Below the pieces are notes generated by a model. It did no database searches, was not told the DNA's origin, and saw nothing but the letters and a program-made list of their open reading frames with translations. Positions 37,965-52,151 of a stretch of 64,000 bases of DNA are shown here, in pieces. Within the stretch, counting starts at the first letter, position 1, and each line of letters begins with the position of its first letter. The stretch lies in contig NC_086097.1 of the NCBI RefSeq assembly GCF_963921235.1, forward strand, positions 103,232,001 to 103,296,000, in the 5' to 3' direction. The stretch is from Mobula hypostoma. Lineage: Eukaryota. Position numbers and translations under genes: made by a program.

Positions 37965-38810
37965 AATTTTCCTACCTAGAGACCAATGCAGTATGCAGCA
38001 TTCCAGATGTGGTCTCACCTGTATAGTTTTAAAAAGGCTTCTTTACTTTTGTTCCTCAGTACCCTTGCAATTTAGGCCAACATAGCATTTATCTTTTTGC
38101 TATGAGGTTGTATGCTAACTTCTTGTAAAAAGACATCAGTTAGTATTTTTCCTACTGAAGTAGATAAGCTGACACTTCAACACATTATTCTTGTATTTGC
38201 TATTTTTTCTCACCTATTTAATTTATCCATTTGAGGACTCAGTGTCATCCCCACAAGTTATTTTTCTTCACAGCCTACACCTTTCTATATATAGGTCAAT
38301 GACACATATACAGAAAGGTGCTGGAAAAGAGCTAGTAATATCATGATGAATCTCACTTACCCTGCTCATGGACTGTTGGTCCCACTTCCATCAGGGAGGA
38401 GGCTACATAACATCTGTATCAGGACAACTAAGCTCAAAAACAGTTACTTTTCCCCAGCAGTAAAGCTAATCAACATCTCCACCTACTAACCCACCCCTCC
38501 ACTCCCCCAACCACCACCTTGTGTACAGACACACATTCCCAAGCCTAGCATCACTTTATGGCCGTACAATCAATCTATGTAAGTATCTAAAGCTATCTGG
38601 AGCATTGTGGAAGGGGTGTGGGACAGGTGGCACAGAAGTGCCAAGGCAGACACACCCAGTCTTGAGATTCCAGGCAAGGTAATTAATTCCAAACAATTTG
38701 CTTATTGATCATTACCAAAGGTGTATCTGGTGCTTCCTGCTCCCTCCCCTCTCCCTTCCCCTTTTCCCAACCATGATTCCCCTCTCCCCTTCCCACTCTC
38801 AGTTCACAAT

Positions 38811-39301
38811 GTGCTGAAACTGGAAAGGGTTCACTGGTGGTTCACGAAAATGTTTCCAGGATTGAATAGCTTGCCATGAAGAGCGTCTGATGGCTCTGGG
38901 TCTTTGTTCACTAGCATTCAGAAGAATGAATGACCTCATTGAAACCTATCAACTGGTGAAAGGCCTTGATAGAGTGGATGTGGAGAGGATGTTTCCTATG
39001 GTAGAGGAGTCTAAGACCAGAGGACACAGCCTCAGAATAGAGGGTCATCCTTTTAGAATGGAGATGAAGAGGAGTTTCTTTAGCTGGAGGGTGGAATTCT
39101 TGCCACAGGTAGCTATGAAGCCAAGCCTGTATGTACATTTAATGCAGAAGTTGATAGATTCTTGATTGGTCAGGGCACGAAGGGATATGGGGAGAAGGCA
39201 GGAGATTGAGGCTGAGAAGAAAATTGGATCAGCCATGATGAAATGGTAGAGCAGACTTGATGAGACAAATGGTCTCATTCTGCTCCTATATCTTATGGTC
39301 T
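38811..39301 (+). mobile_element. CR1 3' end
   Basis: DLIETYQLVKGLDRVDVERMFP and the same 3' tail as 7990-8625. Confidence 0.8.
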
Positions 39302-39403
39302 AATAGAGACCCATATCAGAATCAGGTTTATCATCACCCACGTATGTCATGAAATCAGTTTTTTTTTTGTGGCAGCAGTACGGTGTAATACATAAAATTA
39401 CTA

Positions 39404-39468
39404 CAGTACTGTGCAAAAGTCTTCTGCACCCTAGCTATATAGATATGCCTAAGACTTTCACAGTACAG
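39404..39468. mobile_element. Tiny Tc1-type MITE (hairpin)
   Basis: CAGTACTGTGCAAAAGTCTT...AAGACTTTCACAGTACAG imperfect inverted repeat flanked by TA on both sides. Confidence 0.65.
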
Positions 39469-41051
39469 TATTTGTGATTTTCATTATTATTCCGTTCTTT
39501 ATCTTGTGTTTTCTTTGTGCTGCATTGGATCCGGAATAACAGTTATTTCATTCTCTTTTACACTTATGTACTGGAAATGACATTAAACTATCTTGAATCT
39601 TTAATAACGTTCTTTGTGTTATCTGCTAATTTGGCTCAATTATACTCAGTCTGGTCATCTCATTCATTTACAGTAAATGAATGGGAACTTGCTGAGGCGC
39701 ACCACTAATCCTAAAAATTACACATTTATCTTAATTCTGTCATTTCTGTTGGTGAACAAATCATTTGCATGCCACAAGCTTTTAGCTTAACTTTATATTA
39801 AATTTCAATGAATGTCTTTTGTACGCCTAAGTACAGTACAGCTGTTGGTCCCCATTTGCTTGTTGCACCCTCAAAAGAAAAAGTAGTATATTTCCCTTTC
39901 ATAAAGCCATGTTGATTCTGCTTAAATATGCATGTTCAAAATGTTCTGCTTCCCCTTCCAGAATGACTCTGCCACCTTCTCAATGACAGATATCAGGTTA
40001 ACTGGTCTGCTGTTTTTACTGTCTCCCTTCAGTTTGAATAAGGGGACTACATCTGCAATTTTCCAGTCCTCTAGGACCTCTCCAGGATCAATATGTCTGC
40101 AAAGATCATGATCAACAAATGCACCATCTGTGCAGATCCTTCTTTTGAGACCTGTAGATACAGGCTGTTACTTCCAGGGGATTTGTTAGGCTTTTGCCTG
40201 ATAGATTTTGCCTGATAAAACTCCCGTGTTTGTGTATGATTTTAACTTCTGCCCTTGTTCTCCTGGATTTTCTATTGTTCTTGGGATGATATTAATTTCC
40301 CTCAGATTCAAGACATCTGTTCATAGTTTCTGCCATTTCATGATTTCCCATTATTAATTCCCAGTCTCTTTCTTTAGGGAATTTTATGAATTAGGGCATC
40401 CAAATGTCACACCAAAAATGTGCTGAAGGTTCTGAGCAGCTGTTATGCCTTTGGGTCAGGTTTCAGAGTTGATCTCTTCAACCATCTTTTATTCTGTCAA
40501 TATCCGTCTTTGTGAGGATTTGCCTTCTTCCCTTCTTCCTCCCCAACAGGATCCAGCCTATTGAGTTTACTTTCTAACTGGAAGGCTATCTGTTGGGGAG
40601 GGGAGTGTGGAAATCAGAAGGACATTTGGAAATGCCTTCCTTCTAGTTCCACCAAAAGTACTTCCCACTATCTTCCCAGTTTGAAGTAAATGTCAAGACC
40701 TTTGTTGCTACCCCTGCAGTTACTTGGTGTTGCAGTGTGAAGTCACAGAGAAAACACTGCGAAAGGCGTTTCCTTCCATCTTGGTATATAGGGAGTATCA
40801 AAATTAACAATTCTGTTTGCAAGATGTTGATTCATTGTCTTTTATTCATGTGGATTAATTTTGGATTACTTTGCTCACAACTTTCTATAACAGATTTGAT
40901 TAAATTAATCTCAGTATTGGAACAAACTTCTGAGTATTTTTCTTTGTAGTTTGTATTTTAAAATCCTTAATTAAGTTCATGTGAAAACTTTCAACAGCAT
41001 GTAAGTAATTTGACTTCTATTTTCAAAATATTATTTGTTTTTGTTTTTAAG

Positions 41052-42490
41052 ATAACAGCATCTAAGCCTGCAGTAATGGCAACCCAGGCTGCCTTTGTGG
41101 TAACAGATTGCAATGAGCAGGGAGAGACTGATCGACATTCAATAGAACACACCGCTAATCAAAACCAGCAAGACCGTTTTTCAGAAGAGAAATCAAAGCC
41201 GACTGTGGCTGTACATAGCCTGTTGTGTAATGGTACGGCCAGTACTGACCATAAGCTAGAACTGGACAAAGGTACAATTCAAAGGGAAGAGGCTATCAGG
41301 ACTGGTAAAGTAGGAAGCAATAACCAAGGCAAGATAATTGCAAAAACTGGTGTCCATTCTGAGCACAACAGAGATGACTCTTTCAATTCAGCTCAAGAAG
41401 TTGAATTTAAAGACAGCCAAATGATTTCTAGGGATGGAGGAATTCATCCTGATGAAGGCCAGAACTCTACAGCTGAAGGTGAACCCTTGCAGAAGCAGCA
41501 ACATATGAGTGATAAATGTTTGCTCTCAGCACAACTAGGGAGCTTGAGTTCTGTGCAAAAACACAAAGAGATTAAATCTTCTGTTGATTGCTTTAATGAT
41601 ATAGCTAGTCCAATCACAACTGGTGAAGTGCTTTCAGTCAAAGATGGGGATGCTTTATTTAAGTCAGTGGAATATACAAATCTTGTAATAGATGGGTTTA
41701 AAGATAAACTTCATGACCAAGAAGAAAATGGCTTTTGTAAGTGTATTGAAGGTGAGACAGATAAGGAACTACCTGATTCTAGCATTTCGTATGAACGTGT
41801 AAAGGAATTGCTTCATGCTGCAGTATCAGAGCAAGAAAACTGTGCCAATAATGTTATAACTGATGGGTGTGAAGTGGGCTACATTTCTGAGATGATGCAG
41901 AGAAAGATTCAGGAACAGAGCAACCTTTCAGAACTAAGTGGATTCAGAAATGGAGATTTGATTCACATCTTAACAGTTGGTGACAATTCACTCCATACCA
42001 AGAAGGTTGAAGGCAAACCTTCCCTTCTCCGGCAAAGCCGCATCCCAGTGCTTGCATCTGATGCGGAAATTACCTCTGAGTCATCAGCTCCTGTCTCAGC
42101 TAAAGAGAAACTCCTTCAAAAGAAGGCTCATCAAACAGACTTAACAAGACAGTTAGTTGAAAAGAGACAACACACACTCAGAACGTCTCTTCTGGGTGAT
42201 CTGTCATCTACTTCTGAAAAATCCCCAGAAGAAAAAATGTCTGTCCCATCAATGACTTTGTCAGATGATGGAAGCCCTTCTGGACCTTTGACAAAACCTG
42301 GAAATGAGCTACAATCGGACAAACAGACTGATGAGGAATCTCTTCTAACCAGCCTTCAGTCCCGAAGAAGTAAAATCCCAAGACCGGTTTCATTGACCAA
42401 CACAGAACAAGCCCCTACTTCAACATCAGCCCAATTAGTCCCAAGGCCACCTCCAGGCAAGCCGCCAACTAGACCAAGTGTGGAGGTCCG
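41052..42490 (+). CDS. TTBK2: TTBK2 large penultimate coding exon (C-terminal tail)
   Basis: Acceptor ttttaag|ATA, donor CG|gtaagt. Encodes ITASKPAV..., SRIP (42036-42047), SAKEKLLQKKA, LGDLSS, SKIP (42369-42380) and PRPPPGKPPTRP, all recognisable from vertebrate TTBK2. Confidence 0.95.
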
Positions 42491-42978
42491 GTAAGTGCTT
42501 TCTCACAATGACTTCATTTCAGGATATACATTAAAGAATGAATCAAGTTTGAATGCCAACTTGAATTAATGTAACTAAGTTCCTTAAAGTAACTTCCAAG
42601 CACGGTGTAAGCTCATGAGACAATGGTCACACGGGCATTCACTTCAACTTAGCTATTTATCATTTTAGTTGATTACTGTGCCCAAATCTGAACTGTTGTG
42701 TTAAATGTTGACATTTCCTTGCCTTATCTCCCTCCCCACAGATGCTGCTGAAATCCTCCGGCAGATTTGTTGCTCCAGATTCCAGCATCTTTTGTATTTG
42801 ATTCTTGTTCAGTTCCATTTTCCTGTTGTTTTTACATAGACCTGGAAAACAAAGATTGTTGATGTTGTATTTGCTCTGGTGAAGGAAAATTTCCATTGAT
42901 ACTTAGTCTATCAAGACTCTAATGTCTAATGTCAGAATGAGGTAGTAAATTGGATTAGACATTGGCTTTGTGGGAGAA

Positions 42979-45900
42979 TGTCCTGGGTATGACTCTAAAC
43001 TGCAACCGGTGATGAGGCTCTGATTGGGGACTTCCAGTGCTTTGGGGAAAGTGGAGTTACCCCTTAGTCATTCGTTGCTCCCAGGGCCACTCTGACCCAA
43101 AACGGTAGCACCTGCAAGGGTTCCTGCTCAGGATATGAGCGAAGTCCAACAGCAGATCTGGTAGGTTCAGTAACTGAACTTATGACAGAGAAGGCAGATG
43201 AGCTAGGACCTCAAATGTCACTGGCTATAGTACAGATGGATGAGCATTTAGGAAGAGAAATGGCAAAATAGTTCGCCCAACGGTAGGTAATAGCAAACCA
43301 TCATTGCTAGATACTAGGTTTCCTATAATCTATTTGCTAAGAAAACCATGGTCAAACTCTCAAAATTTATCACACAACAACAGCGTCAGGAGGATCTTCA
43401 AGACAAGTCTGAAGATGCTTCGCTCGGTGGGGTTGATTCTGGTCAGCAGGAGATCCCCATCCGTCATCAAGCTACTGCTCACAAAATTCAAGTAATACAA
43501 AAGAAAATTATTGCCACTTGGAACGTAAGAACCCTATATCAAGCAGGAAGATTGGACAATGTGATAACTGAAGTGGAAAGACTAAAGATTAACATCATGG
43601 GAATTAGCGAAGTTCATTGGATAGGTGCTGAAACATGTCAGAATAGAAATAAAACACTAATTTATTCTTGTGGAACATCCCATACTAATGGAGTAGGAAT
43701 TCTTATGGATGAAAACATGGCAAAAAGTGTTTTAGGACATTGGGCAATATCAGAAAGAGTGTTCCTTGTTAGATTCAGAGGACAACCATTTGATTTAGCA
43801 TTTGTACAGGTATATGCACCAACAACAGTTGGAACAAATGAGGATATAGATAAATTCTATGAAGAGCTTCAACAAGCAAAAAATGGATGCAAATTTCAAG
43901 ATATTGTTATTGTCATGGGAGATCTAAATGCTAAAGTAGGACAAGGTGCTGATGGAAATACCAAAGGAAAATTTGGACTAGGGGAAAGAAATGAAAGAGG
44001 TGAGAAATGGGTAGAGTGGTGCAAGATGAATAATCAGATCTTTATGAATACCTACTTTAAAAACCATCCAAGACGCTTGTGGACTTGGAAAAGTCCGGGT
44101 GATAACACTAGAAATCAAATTGACTTTATTACTATAAACCAAAGATTTAGAAACTCAGTGACTTAATGCAAAACATATCCAGGTGCAGACTGTAAGAGTG
44201 ACCATAACCCAGTAGTATGTCATGTAAAAGTAAAACTTAATAAAACTAAAGAAGTAAAAACCTGAACAATCCCTTGACTACTTGCAATTAATTAAAGAAG
44301 AAAACTTAAGACAAAGATTTACAATTGAAGTAAGGAATAGATTTCAAAGTCTAGAAATAGAATCTGTTGAAGATGATAGCAATCATGTAGAAATGAAATT
44401 TAACTCTCTAAAAGATGCCTTGGTAGAATCAGCAAAGTTAGTGATTCCTAAAAAAGAAAAAAGCACAAAGAATAAATGGATGACAGATGAAATCAAAAAT
44501 CTAATGGAAGAAAGTAGACAGAAGAAAGCAAATCCTATAGAATATCAGTCCTTAGGTAAAAAAAGTTAAAAGCTGGTGTCAAGAAGCCAAAGAAGAATGG
44601 TTAAACCAGGAATGTGAGCAAATAGAAAGAATCCCTATTACTGATCCAAAAAGGTGACATCAACAAATCAAGAATATCACTGGTAAAAAGCTCCCCTGTT
44701 TTTCAGGTGGATGTTTGAAAGCAAAGGACGGTACCATTATCATGGAAAAAGATGAGATTATGAACAGAGGGACTGAGTATATTCAGAAATTGTTTAAAGA
44801 TGATCGAGGTGAAAAACCAGAAATTAAGAAACACATTGAAGGTCCAAGTATTTTAAAACCTGAAGTTCGTAATGCAATAAATAAGGTGAAGAAAGGAAAG
44901 GAAGCAGGTCCTGATGAATTAGTAGTAGAACAAATTATCACCCTTGAAGATTATGGATTTGAAAAACTTACTGATTTGATCAATGATATTAATGGGACTG
45001 GAATAATACCAGAAGAGATGAAAAAAAAAATCAAAATTTATCACTCTTCCTAAGAAACCTGGAGCAATAGAATGTGAATTTCATAGGATCATACACTTAA
45101 TGAGTCATATCACCAAGATACTTCTAAGAATTTTGATGACAAGAGCTAAAAGTAAGATACAAGCTGAAATAGGTAAAGAACAATGTGGTTTTGTGAAAGA
45201 CAAAGGTACAAGAAACGCAATATTGATGTTAAGGATACTATCAGAACGAGCTATTCAAGTGTAAAAAGATTTGTTTGTTTTATCAGCTACACAAAAGCAT
45301 TTGATAAAGTGAAGCACAATAAGTTATTTGAAATATTACAAAAAACTCTAGATCTAGATTCGAAAGACCTCCGCCTAATCAGAAACCTATACTGGAAACA
45401 AACTGCCGCTGTAAGAATAGATGGAGAAGTGAGTTAGTTTATGAAAATCAAGGGAGGCATTAGACAAGGGTGTGTTTTCTCCCCTGATTTATTTAATGTG
45501 TACAGTGAAACAATATTACAAAAAGTAAGGGACATCTTGGGAATCAAAGTTGGCGGTGAAAACGTCAATAATTTCAGATGACACTGTGTTAATTGCAAGT
45601 ACGGAGGAAGAACTACAAAACTTAATTGATATAATTGTTGAAGAAAGTGCAAAAATGGGTTTACCTATCAATTGCAAAATGATAATGTATGGTGATATCC
45701 AAAAAGAAGGAGAATCCTATCTGCAGGCTGAGAATAAACTGGGAAGACATAAAACAAGTACAGAACTTTTGCTACTTAGGAAGCTGGGTGATATCGGATA
45801 GCAGGTGCGACATGGACATCAAAAGAAGAATAGGGATGGCAAAAGACACCTTTACGAGAATGAAGAGTATACTAACCAATACTAAACTAGGCATGACAAC

Positions 45901-46375
45901 CCATCTCAGAATACTGAAGTGTAACATTTATCCAGTTATGTTATATAGCTCAGAATGTTGGGACAATATCTAGTAACGTGAGGAAACAAATTGAAGCAGC
46001 AAAGATGTGGTTTTTGAGGAGGATGCAAAGAATATCATGGATGAAACGAATATCTACAAGGATGAAACGAATATCTAACAAGGATGTTATGAACAGAGCA
46101 AACGCAAAAAGAGAAATAATGTATGAGATCATGAAAAGGCAAAGTAACTTCATTGGACATGTGATTAGGAAAGAGGAGTTAGAATGCACAGTAATTATGG
46201 GAAAGATTGAAGGGAAGAAAGCAAGAGGAAGACAAAGACAAATGATGATGGAGACAGCAGCCAGAGAAATGGAAGTGAATACCAATGAATTGATCTCCAC
46301 TTGACCCGAAACAGGAGTGTGTGGGCCATGGCAGTCAAAGCTCAAACTGGGCATGGCACCTGATGATGATGATGA
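42979..46375 (+). mobile_element. Apparently full-length RTE LINE (about 3.4 kb, decayed) inserted in a CR1
   Basis: IATWNVRTL, GISEVHW, QVYAPT, MGDLNAKVG, NQIDFI, RT remnants and a (GAT)n tail. 12-bp TSD TTTGTGGGAGAA at 42967-42978 and 46376-46387. Confidence 0.93.
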
Positions 46376-47385
46376 TTTGTGGGAGAAGCCAGAGGGTGAC
46401 GATAAATGGTTGCCTCGATGACTGGAGGCCTGCGGTTACTGGATTGCCACAAGGATCTGTGCTGGGTCCATTGTTGTTTGACATCTGTATCAATGATCAA
46501 GGATGATAATGTGGTTAACTGGATGAGCAAATTTGCAGATGACACCAAGATTGGGGATGTGGTGGACAGCGAGGAAGACTATCAGAGCTTGCAGCGGGAT
46601 CTGGACCAGCTGGAAAAATGGCAATTGGAATTTAATTCGGACAAGTGCGAGGTTTTGCACATTAATAGGATTAACCAGGGTAGGTCTTGCACAGTGAGTG
46701 GTAGGGCATTGAGGAGCGTGGTAGAACAAAAGGATCTGGGAACAGTGGTCCATTATTAATCGAAACTGGTGTCACAGGTAGATAGGTTCATAAAGAAAAC
46801 TTTTGAAACATTGGCCTCATCAATCAAAGTACAGGAAATGGGATATTATGTTGAAGTTGTATACGACATTGGTGAGGTCTAATTTGGTATATTGTGTGGC
46901 GCTTTGGTCACCTACTTGCAAATTTACAAGTATGTTGCCAGGTCTAGAGGACCTGAGTTATAAGGAAAAATTGAATAGGTTAGGACTTTATTCCTTGGAA
47001 TGTGGAAGATAGAGAGGAGACGATAGAAGTATACAAAATTATAAAGTGTAAACGTAAGCAGGCTTTTTCCACTGAGGTTGGGTGGCTCTACAACTAGAGG
47101 TCATGTGTTAAGGGTGAAAGGTGAACAGTTTAAGGAGAACATGAAGGGAAACTTCCACTCAGAGGATGGTGAGAGTGTGGAATGAGCTGCCAGCACATGT
47201 GCTGCATGCGAGTTCAATTTCAACTTTTCAGAGAAGTTTGGATAGGTATTTAGAGGATGGGGGAGTGGAGGGTTATGACCCCAGTGCAAGTCATTGGGAG
47301 TAGGCAGTTTAAATGGTTCGGCACAGTCTAGATGGGCCAAAGGACCTGTTTCTATGCTGTACTTTTCCATGACACTATAACTCTA
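46376..47385 (+). mobile_element. CR1 RT and 3' end (5' stub at about 42935-42978)
   Basis: GLPQGSVLGPLLF, SKFADDTKIG, WQLEFNSDKCEVLH. Confidence 0.85.
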
Positions 47386-47663
47386 GTAGGATAGTGAGCT
47401 GATTTTTGTATTAAATAAGGAATGTGTATTAGTGAGGACGTGAGGAGAACCCAAGCTCACTTTGCACTCATTTTGTTGGTTCAATTATATTCATGTAATG
47501 GTGGAGATGGGAATTTGCTTCAATGTCTTATTCCAACAGCAGCACCTCCCACTGTGCAGCGGTTCTCTGGATGCTGTCTCAGGCTTAATTATGATGATGA
47601 ATGAGTGTGTGCATGCAGTTCAAGTACTGTCCTTAGCCCCATCTCTACATTGAGCCCATTTAG

Positions 47664-48200
<537 letters not shown>

Positions 48201-51200
48201 TAATTTCTACAGTCACTCTCCACTTGTTCTCCTCTCCACTACCCGAGTGCTCTCCCTCTTCGACCAACCCCCTTCCCCTACATTCTCTCCCCGTTTGCAT
48301 GTTGCCCCATATTTAGAAAGTATTTCTGACTGGACAAGATCTTTGTGATTTTTGAACAGATACCGCTTTATATAAAATTGATATAATTGCACAGTAATTA
48401 ATTCTGTGCAATATGCTGCTAGATTTTATTTTGGCTTCTGCTGCCTTGAGCTACTTGAGTAGGAAATACTAGGCCAGTACTTCCACCTTTATCTTGTGTA
48501 CAGTGTCCTCCTTCAAGACGTGACCTTTCCTTGTGCCATTTGCAATTGAGGGAGACCTCAGGATCATAATTAGTAGGAAGGCTGCTGTAGTATTTTTAAT
48601 CGCCAATGTTTTTGCCATCTTTTTATGATAATGTCAACTGTGAGTTTTTTAATGTACAGTGTGTCTAGATATAAATAAAATTTAAGTAACTGAATTGATT
48701 CACGATTCATAGGAAGTAGTTAAAATCAAAGTAGAGTGCAAATGTTTGTTGCATACTGACATCTGACATGAGTGGTGTAGTTTTCCTGTCTTATAGAATT
48801 AGAAGGCAAAATCTCAAATTACCTCTATTAAAATGAAATGAAATATTAGTTCTTTGAAAATGAGCATGAATAGTGATGTGGTGGTGGCGGGTTAGGAGGG
48901 CGTTTGACTGGGGTGGGTAGGATGCCGGGGGGTGGGCAGGTGGGGAATGGGGGTGATCAATAGACCTCTATTTGTCCCCATTATTCTAAGTCCAGTCCCA
49001 ATAGCACACTCTAGGCTCAAAAGCAACTTTAGATGTAACCCCTTCTTTCTAAAATAAACAAAATAGGGAAACCTCTACTTTATGTGTTTACTAATCTACC
49101 TTCCTTGTTACCACTGTAACATCAGACATCATGCAAACACATAATCAAGAGGAGGAAAATTAATAAGCCATTGATTTGGTAGTGATAAATCAACAAAATT
49201 AAGATAAAGCATTTAAAGTGTAATAATTTTGCATAAACTAATACCAATCAGCATTTGAATACCATGTGCCTGTCTAAAGCGTGTTAATGTATCTTGACTC
49301 CATATTACTTTGCTGCCAAGGCAAAATCTGTGGTTGAAAGAAGAAGAGTTCTTTGAAAGAAACTTGTCATGCGAAGCCTGATTAGTAAATGGAAATCGTT
49401 TCAGCCATCACTTTTTGTTTGTTTTCAGTGGGATTAAGTTATTTAATATGTAATATTTTCCATCTGTGTTGTAACATGCTAGTTAACTTAAAGTTGTAAG
49501 CTTTTCAACAACCAGCTTGAATGCTTAAAAACAAATTGAATTCCTGCTTTATGTTTGTGTATTGTATTGTAAATGTTAACTATAACTGCATGTCACTTGC
49601 TAATATATATTTATGAATTTCATATCAATTAAACAGGCTGTAAGATTGTTTTTGCATGCCTGGATGCTACTTACTTTACAGTTTTCCCCTGCATGTAAAA
49701 CCTGTATCATAATGGAGAGTATGCACTGCAAGGTAAAACTTTTAAAATTAACTACTTTTAAGATGTGAAACAGCAGAGGTAACAGGTCTGTTAATCCCAC
49801 AGGGCCTATAATTGTATCAGGAAGGGGGAGTAAATAGAAAATTTTTCTGTGACTAAACCATAAAGGCAAATAAAAAAAGTAATACACAAAAATGCTAAAC
49901 AAGTTATTATTTATATCGAGTGCCCACTAAGTGTACAACTGTTAACCCTTAAGCATGGACATTTTAAACCTACAAATATCCTGTTTTGATTTCCTTTGAA
50001 CACAGTATTTCACTGAATGCTCTTATCATGTAGTTCTTTTCCAAAAAAAAAAGTCAAAAAGTATGTAGTGTTTTCAGAACAGGTTTTTAAAAATAAAAAT
50101 CGAACATAAATGGGGTGGGGGCTGCAGATGTCTTTGAAAGAATAGAAGCTCTTTATTGTAGCCACAATAGGAACTATGACAGATTTAACCAGGTTTGGTT
50201 AGCTTAGTGCAGCAGGGATGGAATAGTGTTACTTCTACTGAATTCAAGTAGAGGATGCAGCATTTTACACCTGCTCAAAGTGGAATTACTGCACTTCTAA
50301 ATCTGTAGATTGAAGTGACTCAATTATTGAATTATCACTCATATTGTTGGATTAGTAATCTAGACTAATGGTATAACATGTAAATTTATATCATTATAAT
50401 GTTCAGACACAAGATAGTAAATCATTATGCATGTATTAATTAAAAGTTAATCTGGTCATTTCAAACTTCATATTTTATGTTAATAATTAAGAGATAAAGA
50501 GTTACCAAATTGCTGATCTCCCTCAGTCTGTCCACTTTAGCTATCTTGAACTTTACATACAAATTGTGTGCACAAGTTGACCATGACATAAGCAAATGGT
50601 TGCATTTGAGGTGCTAAAAGATATTTATAATTTTTTTTCGCAGCCCCAATTTCTTTTGACAATGTCTGCTTTACTTCTGTTGGTCAACTGCTCTTGGGAG
50701 TATATAATATGATTTACATAAGATTTTTAAAAAATGTGAATGGAAAGTGGGCTCCATGTAGGTCTATCAAATTTCCTTCTGAGTAGAAGACTGTACATAA
50801 ATAAACTGCAATGCTCAAGATATGGGCAACATGGCTACATAATATGAAGAGGTGCAGATAGAAGAGGCTTTGCTATTACCAAGTATTTACAAGTTCTGTA
50901 ACTGTTCAGCTGAAGAACAAATTGCTAGGTATTTCATGTGATGATTTCTATTCATTGTTTTTGTAGTTAAAAGAATAATATTTCCAAACTTAAATTGCAT
51001 CTGCTTGGTGCTTTGAATTTCATTGCACAACTTGAAAGGATGGGAAATAAAGATTTTAATGCCTTTTATGCTATTTTTGATTATCTTGACCGAGAAGTTG
51101 TGATCTGTTTTATGGAGCCCTATTTAGCATCAACATAATACTTTACAAAAGCAACAATGAGTATGAAATGGTCTGGCAGGTTTCATGTTCTGCAATGTAT

Positions 51201-51430
51201 ATGCAGATAAACAAATGATATACGTTGTTTGAAGTTTGGGTGTACATAAAGATGTAATTATTTAATTTCTTTGATTTGTATCATATCAAAGCCTTGTACA
51301 GTGTTTTATGTTGTGTTCTAAAATTATTTTATATTTTATTTTTCTAAACCAGTAAAATAAAATAATCACTAAGCATGCCAACATATAAATATCTGTTGTC
51401 TAGTGTATTGCAATAAAAAAGGCTGAAAAA
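48201..51430 (+). other. TTBK2: TTBK2 3' UTR (approximate end)
   Basis: AU-rich stretch after the stop codon with no recognisable TE. AATAAA at 48674, 51356 and 51412. Confidence 0.65.
51356..51417 (+). terminator. Candidate distal polyadenylation signals of TTBK2
   Basis: AATAAA at 51356-51361 and 51412-51417, with upstream TGTA/U-rich elements and downstream U/GU-rich sequence. Confidence 0.55.
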
Positions 51431-52151
51431 TAATGGATTTTTAAAAATTAATCCACACCCTATATAATCTTTGCCTCCTGTTCTCATTTGATTTGTGTTT
51501 TGAAGGGCATTTATCTGTGGTATGGAAATCTAAGTATAAAGCCACTATTTTAATGACCCATCTACTTTCAATCATCCAAATAAAATTGAATTGATTAATT
51601 CAGGTGTATAGATCTTGGTCTGCATTTAATACTTGTGACTACTGTATCTTGCAAAAGCTATCTGATTTACACCTCATCTTTATTCACAATACTTTGTGTA
51701 TCAAGGTTATTAAAATTAGGTCTATTCAGCCTCCAGAACTCAATGTTCAGGAGTCAAAGCATACAATATACATATATACATACAACTTTTTTTCTGACTT
51801 AAGAAAATCTTGAAATTATGCCAGTCAGGAATGAAATCAAGAAATGCTTACTCCACATAAAGATTAGTATAAACTTGAAACACTCTCATAAAAAATTTGA
51901 AGAGATGGGAAATGGGAACTGAAATCTGAAGCAAGATTGACTTAATTCCCCCCACAAGTAGAGTATCAACAGAAGTGGATCAAAGACAGAGAAACGGAGG
52001 TATAGGTCAGATGAAGTTAACTTTAGCAACTCTCTCTGTTTAGCATCTCTCTCTGTTTAAGAACAATGTCTCTTTCTACCACAGGAGCAGATCATAGGTT
52101 TTTGCACATTGTACTGCATCTGTTGTGTCCTTGTCTATCTAACTTTAATCC

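Noticed and set aside
41010..41051. N-terminal extension of the 494-aa ORF (also 4853-4978, 47670-47722, and the TTG start at 63318)
   Set aside because: The first three are intronic sequence upstream of the true acceptors; the 63318 TTG is an internal Leu codon of CDAN1 exon 2. The ORF finder uses non-ATG starts.
41052..41058. Alternative acceptor ataacag at 41058
   Set aside because: A 7-nt shift would break the phase-0 frame that matches TTBK2.
43008..43060. GTGATGAG...GAAAG as a hammerhead in the RTE 5' end
   Set aside because: The invariant core C is missing (GTGATGA) and stems I/III cannot be formed convincingly.
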